In this document: positions 1-8,657 of the stretch, piece after piece
Numbering within the stretch: position 1 is the stretch's first letter
How the letters are laid out: every line of letters starts with the position of its first letter
From: an uncultured Pseudomonadota bacterium
Lineage (GTDB): Bacteria; Myxococcota_A; Polyangia; Fen-1088
Length of the DNA stretch: 52,095 nt
NCBI GenBank assembly: GCA_963847705.1
Contig: CAWKBC010000019.1
Span: 1-52,095 of the forward strand
Direction: 5' to 3'
The notes under the pieces: model-generated
Databases searched by the model: none
What the model was told of the DNA's origin: nothing
The model's input: only the letters and a program-made list of their open reading frames with translations
Translations under genes and position numbers: made by a program

Positions 1-2
1 AG

Positions 3-218
3 TTCTCCTGGGTCTTCATGGATCCCCCCTACATCAAGGAGACGGACGGGGTCCTGGCTGAGCTGTCCGGCGGGGACCTTCTGACCGCCTGCGCGGTGGT
101 GATCGTCGAGCATGACAAGCGTCACCCCTCGCCGCCGTCGGTGGGCTGTCTGTTCCTGACCGACCGGCGCAACTACGGCGACACCGAGCTCTCCTTCTAC
201 CGCTGCTCCGGGTCGTGA
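3..218 (+). CDS. rsmD: 16S rRNA m2G966 methyltransferase RsmD, C-terminal part (5'-truncated by window)
   Basis: Open frame from base 3: WVFMDPPY ... VIVEH ... RRNYGDTELSFY; sits directly upstream of coaD as in the conserved rsmD-coaD pair. Confidence 0.88.
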   Translation, partial: FSWVFMDPPYIKETDGVLAELSGGDLLTACAVVIVEHDKRHPSPPSVGCLFLTDRRNYGDTELSFYRCSGS

Positions 219-706
219 GCCTCGCGGTCTACCCGGGAACCTTCGACCCGATCACCAACGGCCACGTCGACATCCTCCGGCGGTCGCTGAAGATCTTCGA
301 CCGGGTGGTGGTCGCGCTGGCCGAGAACGTCCGCAAGAAGCCGCTGTTTTCGATCGGCGAGCGGCGGGGGTTCATCACCGAGGCGCTGGGGAGCGACCCC
401 AGGCTGGAGGTCGACGCTTTTCAGGGATTGCTGGCCGACTACTGCCGGCGGCGCGGGGCGACCGTGGTGGTCCGGGGGCTGCGGGCGCTGGCCGACTTCG
501 AGTACGAGTTCCAGCTGGCCCACATGAACCGGCACCTGGCGCCGGACGTGGAGACGATGTTTCTGATGACCGGCGAGGAGAGCTTTTATGTATCCTCCTC
601 GCTCGTCAAAGAGGTTGCTTTGATGGGCGGTGACGTCTCGCGGATGGTTCCGCCGGGCGTGGCCGCCGCCCTGTCCGTGAAACACCAACAAGGAGTCGCC
701 CCGTGA
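215..706 (+). CDS. coaD: Phosphopantetheine adenylyltransferase
   Basis: AVYPGTFDPITNGHVDI, VRGLRALADFEYEFQLAHMNR and SSSLVKEVA motifs. Confidence 0.97.
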   Translation: MSLAVYPGTFDPITNGHVDILRRSLKIFDRVVVALAENVRKKPLFSIGERRGFITEALGSDPRLEVDAFQGLLADYCRRRGATVVVRGLRALADFEYEFQLAHMNRHLAPDVETMFLMTGEESFYVSSSLVKEVALMGGDVSRMVPPGVAAALSVKHQQGVAP

Positions 707-1899
707 AGCTCGCCCGCCGGTTGTCCGTCGTCGAACCATCCCCCACGCTCGCTGTGTCGGCCAAGGCGGCCAAGCTCAAGGCCGAGGGGATCGACGTCGT
801 CAGCTTCGGGGCAGGGGAGCCCGACTTCGACACGCCGGTGCACATCAAGGAGGCGGCCAAGAAGGCGCTGGACGCCGGCGCGACGAAGTACACGCTGGTC
901 GAGGGGACGGTCCCGCTGCGCAAGGCGGTGGCCAAGTGGATCGGCGACGCGCACGGCTTCACGGTCGAGACGAACCAGGTGATCGTCAGCTCGGGCGCCA
1001 AGCAATCGATCTTCAACGCGGTCTTCGCGCTGATCGACGAGGGCGACGAGGTCATCATCCCGACGCCGGCCTGGGTCAGCTACAACGACATCGTCAAGCT
1101 GGCGGGCGGACGGCCGGTCAACGTGCCAACCAAGGCGGAAGAGAACTTCCAGGTGCGGGTGGAGGACGTCGCCAAGGCGATCACCCCGCGCACGAAGATG
1201 ATCCTGGTCTGCTCGCCGTCGAACCCGACGGGGGCTATTTATGATGAAGCGACGCTGACCGGGTTGGCGCGGCTGGCGGTCGAGAAGAACGTCTGGCTGA
1301 TGACCGACGACATCTACCGGACGTTGGTCTATGGGGACGGCAAGTTCTTCCAGCCGGCGACCCTGGGTGCGGACGTTCGGGCCCACACGATCATCATCGA
1401 CGGCGTCTCCAAGGCGTTCGCGATGACCGGCTGGCGCGTCGGCTTCACGGTGGCGCCGAAGCACGTCGTCGAGGCGATGGCCACGATCCAGGGGCAGTCG
1501 ACGACCCACGCGGCGTCGGTGGCCCAGGCGGCCGCGCTGGCGGCGATCGAGGGCCCGACCGACGAGCTGGAGAAGATGCGCGTCGAGTTCGATAAGAGGC
1601 GGAAAGTCATGGTCGCGCGGCTGCGGGAGATCCCGGGGGTCACGTGTGTCGAGCCGAAGGGCGCGTTCTACGCGTTCCCGGACTTGTCGGCGTTCATCGG
1701 CCGGAAGACGCCCGAGGGGAAGAAGATCGAGAACGACGTGCAGCTCTGCGAGTGGCTGATCGAAGCCGCGCGGGTCGCGGTCGTCATGGGCTCGGCATTC
1801 CACGCGCCGGGGTTCGTGCGGCTGTCGTACGCGACCTCGATGAAGAACGTCGAAGAGGGTGTGCGGCGGATGGCGGAGGCGTTGCCGAAACTGACATAG
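703..1899 (+). CDS. aspC: PLP-dependent class I/II aminotransferase (aspartate aminotransferase)
   Basis: GAGEPDFDTP, SPSNPTG, DDIY, GVSKAFAMTGWRVG (PLP lysine), RLSYA. Confidence 0.92.
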   Translation: MKLARRLSVVEPSPTLAVSAKAAKLKAEGIDVVSFGAGEPDFDTPVHIKEAAKKALDAGATKYTLVEGTVPLRKAVAKWIGDAHGFTVETNQVIVSSGAKQSIFNAVFALIDEGDEVIIPTPAWVSYNDIVKLAGGRPVNVPTKAEENFQVRVEDVAKAITPRTKMILVCSPSNPTGAIYDEATLTGLARLAVEKNVWLMTDDIYRTLVYGDGKFFQPATLGADVRAHTIIIDGVSKAFAMTGWRVGFTVAPKHVVEAMATIQGQSTTHAASVAQAAALAAIEGPTDELEKMRVEFDKRRKVMVARLREIPGVTCVEPKGAFYAFPDLSAFIGRKTPEGKKIENDVQLCEWLIEAARVAVVMGSAFHAPGFVRLSYATSMKNVEEGVRRMAEALPKLT

Positions 1900-2099
1900 G
1901 CGGGACGGGCGAACGTCACGGACGCTGTTCGAACGTTAGAAGGACTGGCGGGCCTATGGCGCTCGCCCAGCGTCGTGACTCAAACGTTGAACACCCCGAA
2001 TCGTTGGGGCTAAAAGTTGTACCCGCTTGCGGAAAATCTTGCCCTGCGGGAATCTGGGACTGAAATCTCGTTCGGTTGGTAGCGAGCGGTCCTTTCGAA

Positions 2100-3116
2100 A
2101 TGGCCAAGGCAAAGATTGGTCGGAAGATTGTCTTCTTCCTTGGCGCGGGGGCGTCCGTGGGAGCCGGTGCCGTCGCGCGCGTGCAGGCCGGAGGAGAAGT
2201 CAGGATTCCGACCCAGTCGGACTTCTGGAATGTATTCCTCCGATTTTCGGCAAGCGTCAGCAATCGTCGATCTATCGAACGTTTTCTCTTTCGATATTTC
2301 CTGGGATACACAAGGGTTCCGTCACGTTTGCGAGCCGCGGATCGGCGCGCCCTCCTTGCGGGAATTGACGTCGAGGAGGTATTCACGTTCATCAGCGAGC
2401 GAGTCCGGGCGCCGTCCACGTCACCTCAGCTTCGCGCCTATGTGGCCAACGTATGGGAGGCCCTTGTCAGCGAGATTGGGAACGTGTTTTCGCGATTCGA
2501 CGCGAACGTTTCGACGAGATCAGTCTATCGGGAGATGGCAAAGAATCACGTCAAGAGCCACGATGCCGTCGTATCGTTCAACTACGACGACGTCTTCGAG
2601 CGCTCTTTGCCGATGCCGCGACGATGGGCCTATCAGGCACTTGAGGATTGCGGCGGTCGTCTCCGAGTCATAAAGCCCCATGGGTCTGTGGGCTGGAAAG
2701 AGGTTGCGAAGGCAATGCGCCGAGGCAGCCGGAACGACGCAGTCGTTGTCGCGCCAACCCATCTCAAGTTCGTCGCAACGGCCGATGGAACTGTGCCCGT
2801 GCTCCATGGATACTTGGATCAAAGTCCTCAGTTCGCCGAGATTTGGGCAGCGATGGAAGAACAAATGAGGCAAGCAAAAGCCCTAGTCTTCGTTGGGTAT
2901 TCGTTCCCGGTAGCGGACTTGTACTTCTCTTCCTTGCTGCGATCCGTTCTGGCAGATCGTACCCAGGCTCCAGGGCTAGTATTGGTGAATCCCGATGCAG
3001 TCGCTATATCTCAGCGTCTTCGCGCGCGATTTGCGATTGAAGCCCCCGTCACTCTCTTCGATTTACGACAATTTATCGGCATGACTCGGCAGCAGATTCT
3101 CGGCCTGTTCGATTGA
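2100..3116 (+). CDS. SIR2-like (SIR2_2) domain protein, putative NADase defence effector
   Basis: VFFLGAGAS, VVSFNYDD, IKPHGS and LVFVGYSFPVADLY are the hallmark motifs of prokaryotic SIR2-like proteins; ATG at 2100 chosen over TTG at 2076. Confidence 0.85.
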   Translation: MAKAKIGRKIVFFLGAGASVGAGAVARVQAGGEVRIPTQSDFWNVFLRFSASVSNRRSIERFLFRYFLGYTRVPSRLRAADRRALLAGIDVEEVFTFISERVRAPSTSPQLRAYVANVWEALVSEIGNVFSRFDANVSTRSVYREMAKNHVKSHDAVVSFNYDDVFERSLPMPRRWAYQALEDCGGRLRVIKPHGSVGWKEVAKAMRRGSRNDAVVVAPTHLKFVATADGTVPVLHGYLDQSPQFAEIWAAMEEQMRQAKALVFVGYSFPVADLYFSSLLRSVLADRTQAPGLVLVNPDAVAISQRLRARFAIEAPVTLFDLRQFIGMTRQQILGLFD

Positions 3117-3126
3117 TCTGTGAGCC

Positions 3127-3160
3127 CCAGCCATCCGCATGGTCCGATGGCCGGAGGGGC
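3127..3160 (+). terminator. Imperfect GC hairpin after the SIR2-like gene
   Basis: GCCATC (3130-3135) pairs with GATGGC (3146-3151), flanked by GCCCC/GGGGC arms; no U-tract on + strand. Confidence 0.3.
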
Positions 3161-3239
3161 AAAACGCTCAGACGGACAACTGCATTGGTTTCGCATTGTG
3201 GTATTGTGAAAATCTAGCTAGCAACAGGAAGGGTGGCGA

Positions 3240-4340
3240 ATGTCAAAGAAGGGCGCTGAGCCGGCCAAAAAAAGGGCGTATGTCAGCCAGGCAGACCTTC
3301 CATCTCGGCCGCTCCGGGATGCGCTGCGCGCCGCCCAAGCCATCACAGATAACTATGCGGGACAACCGACGGCACCGCACGACGTTGCGATGGCACTCGA
3401 GATGTCGCCCACTTCTTCGACCTGGCGCGATCTAGCGGCAGCGTCCTTAGGATACGGTCTCACGAAGGGCAGCTGGAACGCTGACCGGATGGCGCTCGAC
3501 GCCCTCGGCCGGCGTGCAACAGCCCCGACAAGTGAGGCTGACGATCTTAGTGCCCGAGCTGAGGCGGCATTGCGTCCCAAGGCCCTCGGTGGATTTTTTC
3601 GTAAGTACAATAAAGCAAAACTTCCTGCGGACCACATCGTCAAGAATGTTCTTCAACAGGAATTTGATGTGCCTCCCGACAGACTGGAGGCGGCGCTGCA
3701 GATCATCAAGGACAATGGCCAGTTTGTGGGATTCATTCGGCAAACCAAGACAGGTCCTTTTGTCGCCCTCGACGACCCTCAGCCGCGCCCCGTGCAGCTA
3801 GACCCGGAGCCTCCAGAGGAAGAGGTAGGCAATGATGCCTTGACCGCCCTTAGGTCCCCACCACCGGATACCGACGATCCACCGACGGCGAAGCTAAACG
3901 TCCTTCCCTCTCCGTCCTTCAAGGTCTTCATCTCTCACAGCAAGAACATGAAGATTGTCGATCAGGTTAAAGACATTCTTGCTCTATACGACATCGACTT
4001 CGAAATAGCCGTCGAAGAAGAAACAGCGGCGATTCCTGTTCCCGCGAAGGTGATGGCCGCGATGCGCCGCTGTCAGTCCGGCGTAATGGTTGTAACGGCC
4101 GACGAACAAAATAGAACCGCTGACGGGTATGCGATCAATACCAACGTTCTCATCGAAGTCGGGGCTGCGTTCGTGCTGTACGATCAAGCGGTAATTCTGG
4201 TCTGGGACAGGCGTCTGAAGGTGCCATCAAATTTGCAGGGATTGTACAGGATGGAATTCGAGGGTGACGAACTCACGTTTTCTGCGGGCACGAAGTTGGC
4301 GAAGGCGGTTAAGTCCCTAAAGAAGGCGGAGGTGAGCTAA
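3240..4340 (+). CDS. N-terminal helical/winged-helix-like region fused to C-terminal TIR-like nucleotide-binding domain
   Basis: C-terminal KVFISHS ... VVTADE ... NVLIEVGAA ... VPSNLQGL matches the TIR-like (PF10137-type) pattern with conserved Glu; Pro/acidic linker around residues 180-220. Confidence 0.85.
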   Translation: MSKKGAEPAKKRAYVSQADLPSRPLRDALRAAQAITDNYAGQPTAPHDVAMALEMSPTSSTWRDLAAASLGYGLTKGSWNADRMALDALGRRATAPTSEADDLSARAEAALRPKALGGFFRKYNKAKLPADHIVKNVLQQEFDVPPDRLEAALQIIKDNGQFVGFIRQTKTGPFVALDDPQPRPVQLDPEPPEEEVGNDALTALRSPPPDTDDPPTAKLNVLPSPSFKVFISHSKNMKIVDQVKDILALYDIDFEIAVEEETAAIPVPAKVMAAMRRCQSGVMVVTADEQNRTADGYAINTNVLIEVGAAFVLYDQAVILVWDRRLKVPSNLQGLYRMEFEGDELTFSAGTKLAKAVKSLKKAEVS

Positions 4341-4397
4341 CCGGATGTTACATCTGCTGGTTCGCAGATAACGCGACGACGTTGAATTGAGGGAACG

Positions 4398-4994
4398 ATG
4401 TCACGATTCTTTCCAGAGGGTGCCGCCGCTTGGAGGGCCCCAAATGATCTCCCAAACGCTGCGTTTACATGCGGATTTTGTAGCATTTCCGTTTCGTCGG
4501 TGAAGGGCTACAAGCTTGGCCAACTGGGCGATGGTAGCGGTCCACAGATCGGCGCGATCTACATCTGTCCTAATTGTGGTGGCCCCGTGTTTCGCGCGCC
4601 CGGGCGTCAGTATCCGTCTGCACCTCTAGGACGGCCCGTTGCTCACGTGCCGGAGGAACTGAATTCGCTGTACGAAGAAGCACGCCGATGCACCAGTGAG
4701 AATTGCTTCACTGCTGCCGTGCTTCTATGTCGGAAGATGCTCATGAACATCGCAGTACAAGAGAAGGCACCCGAAGGGCTGAAGTTCATTGAATACGTGA
4801 CTTACTTGTCAGATCACGGTTACGTGCCACCGAACGGCAAGCACTGGGTGGATCATATTCGCAAGAAGGGAAATGAGGCTACGCACGAGATCGCCGTTAT
4901 GGCTGTGAACGACGCAAAAGAGCTGCTGACGTTTACCGAGATGCTCCTCCGATTTATCTATGAGTTCCCTAAGCTGGTGCCTGCGCCTGGATAG
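4398..4994 (+). CDS. Zn-ribbon + DUF4145 (HEPN-superfamily) protein
   Basis: CGFC ... CPNC, then LYEEARRC ... AAVLLCRKML ... IRKKGNEATH (RxxxNxxxH-type HEPN motif). Confidence 0.82.
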   Translation: MSRFFPEGAAAWRAPNDLPNAAFTCGFCSISVSSVKGYKLGQLGDGSGPQIGAIYICPNCGGPVFRAPGRQYPSAPLGRPVAHVPEELNSLYEEARRCTSENCFTAAVLLCRKMLMNIAVQEKAPEGLKFIEYVTYLSDHGYVPPNGKHWVDHIRKKGNEATHEIAVMAVNDAKELLTFTEMLLRFIYEFPKLVPAPG

Positions 4995-5083
4995 GATGAG
5001 CAGCGAGGATGTCGGCGACTTCGTAGGGCGGAGTATGAGTGCCTGTGCGGGGATGCTCGGTCTCTGATGACGGCGCCTCCTGA

Positions 5084-5962
5084 GTGAAAAGGACGGATCA
5101 GCGTTTGGACGGAGCGCACGTCCTGGTCGTCGGCGCATCCGGCCGAGTCGGCCGAGTCGTCGTCACCGAGCTACTCCGCCTCGGCCGCCCGGTCCGCGCC
5201 CTCGTGCGCCGTCCCCCGCCCACCCCGTTCCCCCCCGGCGTCGAGGTCGTCGCCGGCGATCTCACGGACTCCGATTCGTTGAAACCCGCGCTCGCCGGGG
5301 TCGAGGCGGTGTTCCTGGTCTGGGCTGCCGGGCCGGCCACGGTCTCGGCCGTCGTCGCGCGCCTTGCGCGAAGCGTCCAGCGCGTGGTCTTTCTGTCGTC
5401 GCCGCACCAGACGCCGCACCCGTTCTTCCGGCAGCCCAATCCCATGGCGGCGCTCCACGCCGACATCGAACGTGAGCTCGCGACGGCGGGGGTTTCGGCG
5501 GTGATCCTTCGACCCGGGATGTTCGCGGCGAACACGCTCCACTGGTGGGCGCCTCAGATTCGCGCGGGCGACGTGGTCCGATGGCCGTACGGCGCGGTCG
5601 AGACGGCGCCGATCGACGAGCGCGACATCGCCGCCGTGGCGGTGCGCGCGCTCTCCGAAGCGTCGCTCGCCGGCGGAGACTACGTCCTCACGGGCCCGGC
5701 GGCCCTGAGTCACGCGCGGCAGGTTGCGGTCGTCGGCGAGGTGCTCGGCCGGCGCCTGGCGTTCCACGAGCTCTCGCCGGACGAGTTCCGGCGCGAGACG
5801 GCCGCCAGCTGGCCGCCGCCCGTCGTCGACATGTTGCTCGCCGCGTGGGGGGCGGCGGTCGGGCATCCCGCGTACGTGACCACGGCGGTGGCGGACCTCA
5901 CCGGCGCGCCGGCCCGCTCGTTCCACGACTGGGTCGCCGCGCACGCCGCCTGGTTTCGATAG
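5084..5962 (+). CDS. NmrA-like NAD(P)H-binding oxidoreductase
   Basis: VLVVGASGRVG Rossmann motif, GDLTD, LRPGMFAAN, PIDERDIAAVA. Confidence 0.88.
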   Translation: MKRTDQRLDGAHVLVVGASGRVGRVVVTELLRLGRPVRALVRRPPPTPFPPGVEVVAGDLTDSDSLKPALAGVEAVFLVWAAGPATVSAVVARLARSVQRVVFLSSPHQTPHPFFRQPNPMAALHADIERELATAGVSAVILRPGMFAANTLHWWAPQIRAGDVVRWPYGAVETAPIDERDIAAVAVRALSEASLAGGDYVLTGPAALSHARQVAVVGEVLGRRLAFHELSPDEFRRETAASWPPPVVDMLLAAWGAAVGHPAYVTTAVADLTGAPARSFHDWVAAHAAWFR

Positions 5963-6086
5963 TCGATAGCTGTGGGCGCCTTGTGTGGCCACGCTCTTGA
6001 CCTGCCTTCGCTGCCGAACGCTCGAGCTCCGCGGTAGACTGCCAGGGCTCCGGGTGAACCCAAGGGTTGGGCAGATCTAATCGGTC

Positions 6087-6415
6087 ATGGGCAAGCAAGC
6101 CGACAAGGCGCAGCGCCGGCGTCTCCAGGATCTTGCCGAGGTAGCCTATGAACGGGAGCTATCGCGGGAACTCACCGAACTGGAAGCCGAGTTTGGCCGC
6201 TGGCGTGCCGGAGAAACCAACGCCTTCGACGTATCCGAGGCGGTTCACCATTTTCACCAAGGTCCGGCACGCGAGCTTTTTTCGAAGTACGGGCGTTCGG
6301 ATCTAGTCTAGAGCTGGTGGTGGCTCAGGCGATTCACAACGGCCTCATCTCGGGGGACGAAGCTGGCCCGGAGGTGATCAAGCTGCTCTCCGGTCATCTG
6401 AAGGCGTTCGAGTAG
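6087..6415 (+). pseudogene. Conserved hypothetical protein disrupted by a 5-bp TCTAG duplication
   Basis: Stop at 6309-6311 lies in TCTAGTCTAG; removing one copy restores an open frame (..RSDLELVVAQAIHNGLISGDEAGPEVIKLLSGHLKAFE*) to TAG at 6413-6415. Confidence 0.65.
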
Positions 6416-6467
6416 TTCGCCCGGGCGACGCGTCCGCCACGCTCAGCTCGTATGGTATCTTGAAGGC

Positions 6468-6650
6468 ATGGGTTCTGGCGGGCTGAAGCAGAAGATCGTC
6501 GAGACGGTCGAGCACCTGCCAGACGATGCCACGGTCGAGGACGCCATGGAGCGCCTCTACTTTCTCGCTAAGATCGAGCGCGGCCTCGCAGAATCTGAAG
6601 CGGGCGACACGATCCCCCACGAGGACGTAAAGAAGCGGTTTCTGGGGTGA
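6468..6650 (+). CDS. Putative type II antitoxin (ParE/RelE partner)
   Basis: 60 aa, LPDDATVEDAMERLYFLAKIERGLAESEAGDTIPHEDVKKR pattern; stop overlaps GTG of the toxin remnant. Confidence 0.75.
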   Translation: MGSGGLKQKIVETVEHLPDDATVEDAMERLYFLAKIERGLAESEAGDTIPHEDVKKRFLG

Positions 6651-6753
6651 GCCGGGTCCGATGGGCCCGCAGGCCGTGGAAGATCTCCAAGCCATTCGGG
6701 ACTTCATCGGACGAGACCCCCCGAGATACGCCGCGGCGGTCGTGGAGCAAATC
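6647..6753 (+). pseudogene. RelE/ParE-family toxin remnant (frameshifted, truncated)
   Basis: Adding one C near 6666 gives VSRVRWAPQAVEDLQAIRDFIGRDPPRYAAAVVEQI, a typical ParE N-terminus; similarity is lost afterwards. Confidence 0.7.
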
Positions 6754-6970
6754 GCGCCCGGGTTGGTGCTGGGGCACTACCACGAGAAGCAGCCGAACAC
6801 CTTTGTCCTCTGCGGCGACCCGCTCGCGAGCTGCGGAACGTGGGCGGAGGCGAGCTGCCGGGTGACTGTCACGACCTACGCACCCATCACGAGGGACGCG
6901 GGCGTATCGACCATCTACGCCATCCACGACTCGACCTGCCCTTGAAGGGAGCAGTGCGGTCGAGACGCTG

Positions 6971-7843
6971 CTACGACGGCGCGTGGATCCGTCGAAAGTG
7001 GGTGGGCGAGCATCCTTCGTGACGACGGAATGCGGAGGCGAGATGGCTGGCGCTGCTGAACCCGACGCGCCTGGCGATCTGCTCCATGGTGAGGACGGCC
7101 GGTCCGACCAGCAGCCCTCTCGCGGCAGCCACGCGTCTCCGCAACACATAGGCGTGTGGAGGCAGCTCCAAGCTCTGTCGGAAGGCGCGCTCGAAGTGGC
7201 GCGCGCTCACCCCGGCCAGCGTGCGCAGCGTGATCGGCCCGGCGAGGTTCGCCTCGATGTAGTCGACGACGGCGTTGAGGCGACGTCCTAACCCGCCTGA
7301 ATGGCGGGGCACCGGCTTTGATAAGGACGAGTAACTATCGATGATGTGGTGAGCCAAGAACTCGCACGCGCTGGCGACATAAAGAGAGTCGGCGGGGGAG
7401 CCGTGGTGAGCCTTCAGCGCGAGGCGGGTCATGACCGCTTCGATCACCCGATCCCGCGCCAGGAACTGCGGAACGATCTCGACACCTCGCGGATCCGCCT
7501 CCCAATGCTCCGAGATCACGCGCGACAGGTACGCCTGGGGGATGGTCAAGACGATGGCGTGCGAAGAGCCTTCGGCCTCCCAGGAGCCATCGACATGGGG
7601 GGGCGTCATGTTGAGCGTGCCCGGATCGCTCCATCCTTCGACGACTCGCCTGCCCATCCTTCTGCGAATCCGGTGGCGACCGGCGGTGTAGAGCCCCAGC
7701 GCCAGATCGCGAAAAGCCAACGAGGCCTGGAGCGGCGTTGCGTCGACGACAAACAGGCTGAACGGATTCCACTCGGCCGACACCTTCGGCGCGGCCGGCA
7801 GAACATCCACCAGTCGAGAACCCGACGTGGCGCGCCCCTCCAT
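6971..7843 (-). CDS. AraC-family transcriptional regulator
   Basis: VVDYIEANL ... SARHFERAFRQS ... MEQIARRVGFSSASHLASAFRRHEGCSPTHFR double HTH. Confidence 0.93.
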   Translation of the reverse strand: MEGRATSGSRLVDVLPAAPKVSAEWNPFSLFVVDATPLQASLAFRDLALGLYTAGRHRIRRRMGRRVVEGWSDPGTLNMTPPHVDGSWEAEGSSHAIVLTIPQAYLSRVISEHWEADPRGVEIVPQFLARDRVIEAVMTRLALKAHHGSPADSLYVASACEFLAHHIIDSYSSLSKPVPRHSGGLGRRLNAVVDYIEANLAGPITLRTLAGVSARHFERAFRQSLELPPHAYVLRRRVAAARGLLVGPAVLTMEQIARRVGFSSASHLASAFRRHEGCSPTHFRRIHAPS

Positions 7844-8042
7844 CAGGAGAAATCTCCGACGTGGCGTTGCGCGATGTCAAGCAGGGCGCGAACCCCTGGC
7901 GGGTCCAGACAACGTCGCGACACGCCTATCAAGAATCACGCAAGAAGGACGCGAGCCCCTCGGAGAGACGTTGCGTCGCGCCCGATCGCGACGATAGGAA
8001 TGCAGCGGTGAGATCGAGGGCCCGATTCGACGGAGGAGACGC

Positions 8043-8489
8043 ATGAGCGTGAACAAGACCGGCACGGAGGATAAGATCGCGATCGCCCGGGAATACCTGG
8101 CGCGCGTCTTCAACGAGCACCGGCCGGATCGCACCCTCGAGTACGTCACGCCCGACGTCGTGTGGCACGGTGGCTCGCTCGGCACGGTGAGCGGCGCCGC
8201 GAACGTGGCTGGTCTGCTGCGCGTCTTCATCGGGGCGCTCCCGGACCTGCAGGCGGTCGAGCAGGACGTCGTCGCCAGCGCCGATCTCGTGGTCTTGCGC
8301 CTGATTGTGACGGCGACGCACAAGGGCGACCTCCTCGGCATTCCCGCCACGAACCGAAAGGTCCGCTGGGATGCGATTGACGTCTATCGCGTCAACGACG
8401 ACGGCAAGATCAGCGAGGAGTGGGCTGCGGACGACATGGCAGCCTTTGCCAGCCAGCTCGGCGCGATCAAGCTGCCCTGGAGCGTTTGA
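8043..8489 (+). CDS. SnoaL-like ester cyclase (NTF2 fold)
   Basis: ALPDL ... THKGDLLGIPATNRKVRW ... DGKISEEW; GGAG RBS; divergent from AraC gene. Confidence 0.88.
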   Translation: MSVNKTGTEDKIAIAREYLARVFNEHRPDRTLEYVTPDVVWHGGSLGTVSGAANVAGLLRVFIGALPDLQAVEQDVVASADLVVLRLIVTATHKGDLLGIPATNRKVRWDAIDVYRVNDDGKISEEWAADDMAAFASQLGAIKLPWSV

Positions 8490-8657
8490 AGGTCACCATC
8501 GACCAGGTCGGGCTGTAACCGCCGTTCGGCGCTGGCCCGCCTCGCCGGCGACGACTGGGGCACGGCCATCCCGACGTCGTGAACGTGAGCTCGCGACGTC
8601 GGGGCTGCGCGCGCTCCCCGTGCGGGTCACAGACGAGATAGAGTCAGAGAAGCTGGC

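Noticed and set aside
2100-4340. Canonical Thoeris (thsA-thsB)
   Set aside because: The SIR2 protein has no room for a SLOG or Macro domain, and the TIR is of the PF10137-like type with an extra N-terminal region rather than ThsB-like. Kept only as an analogy.
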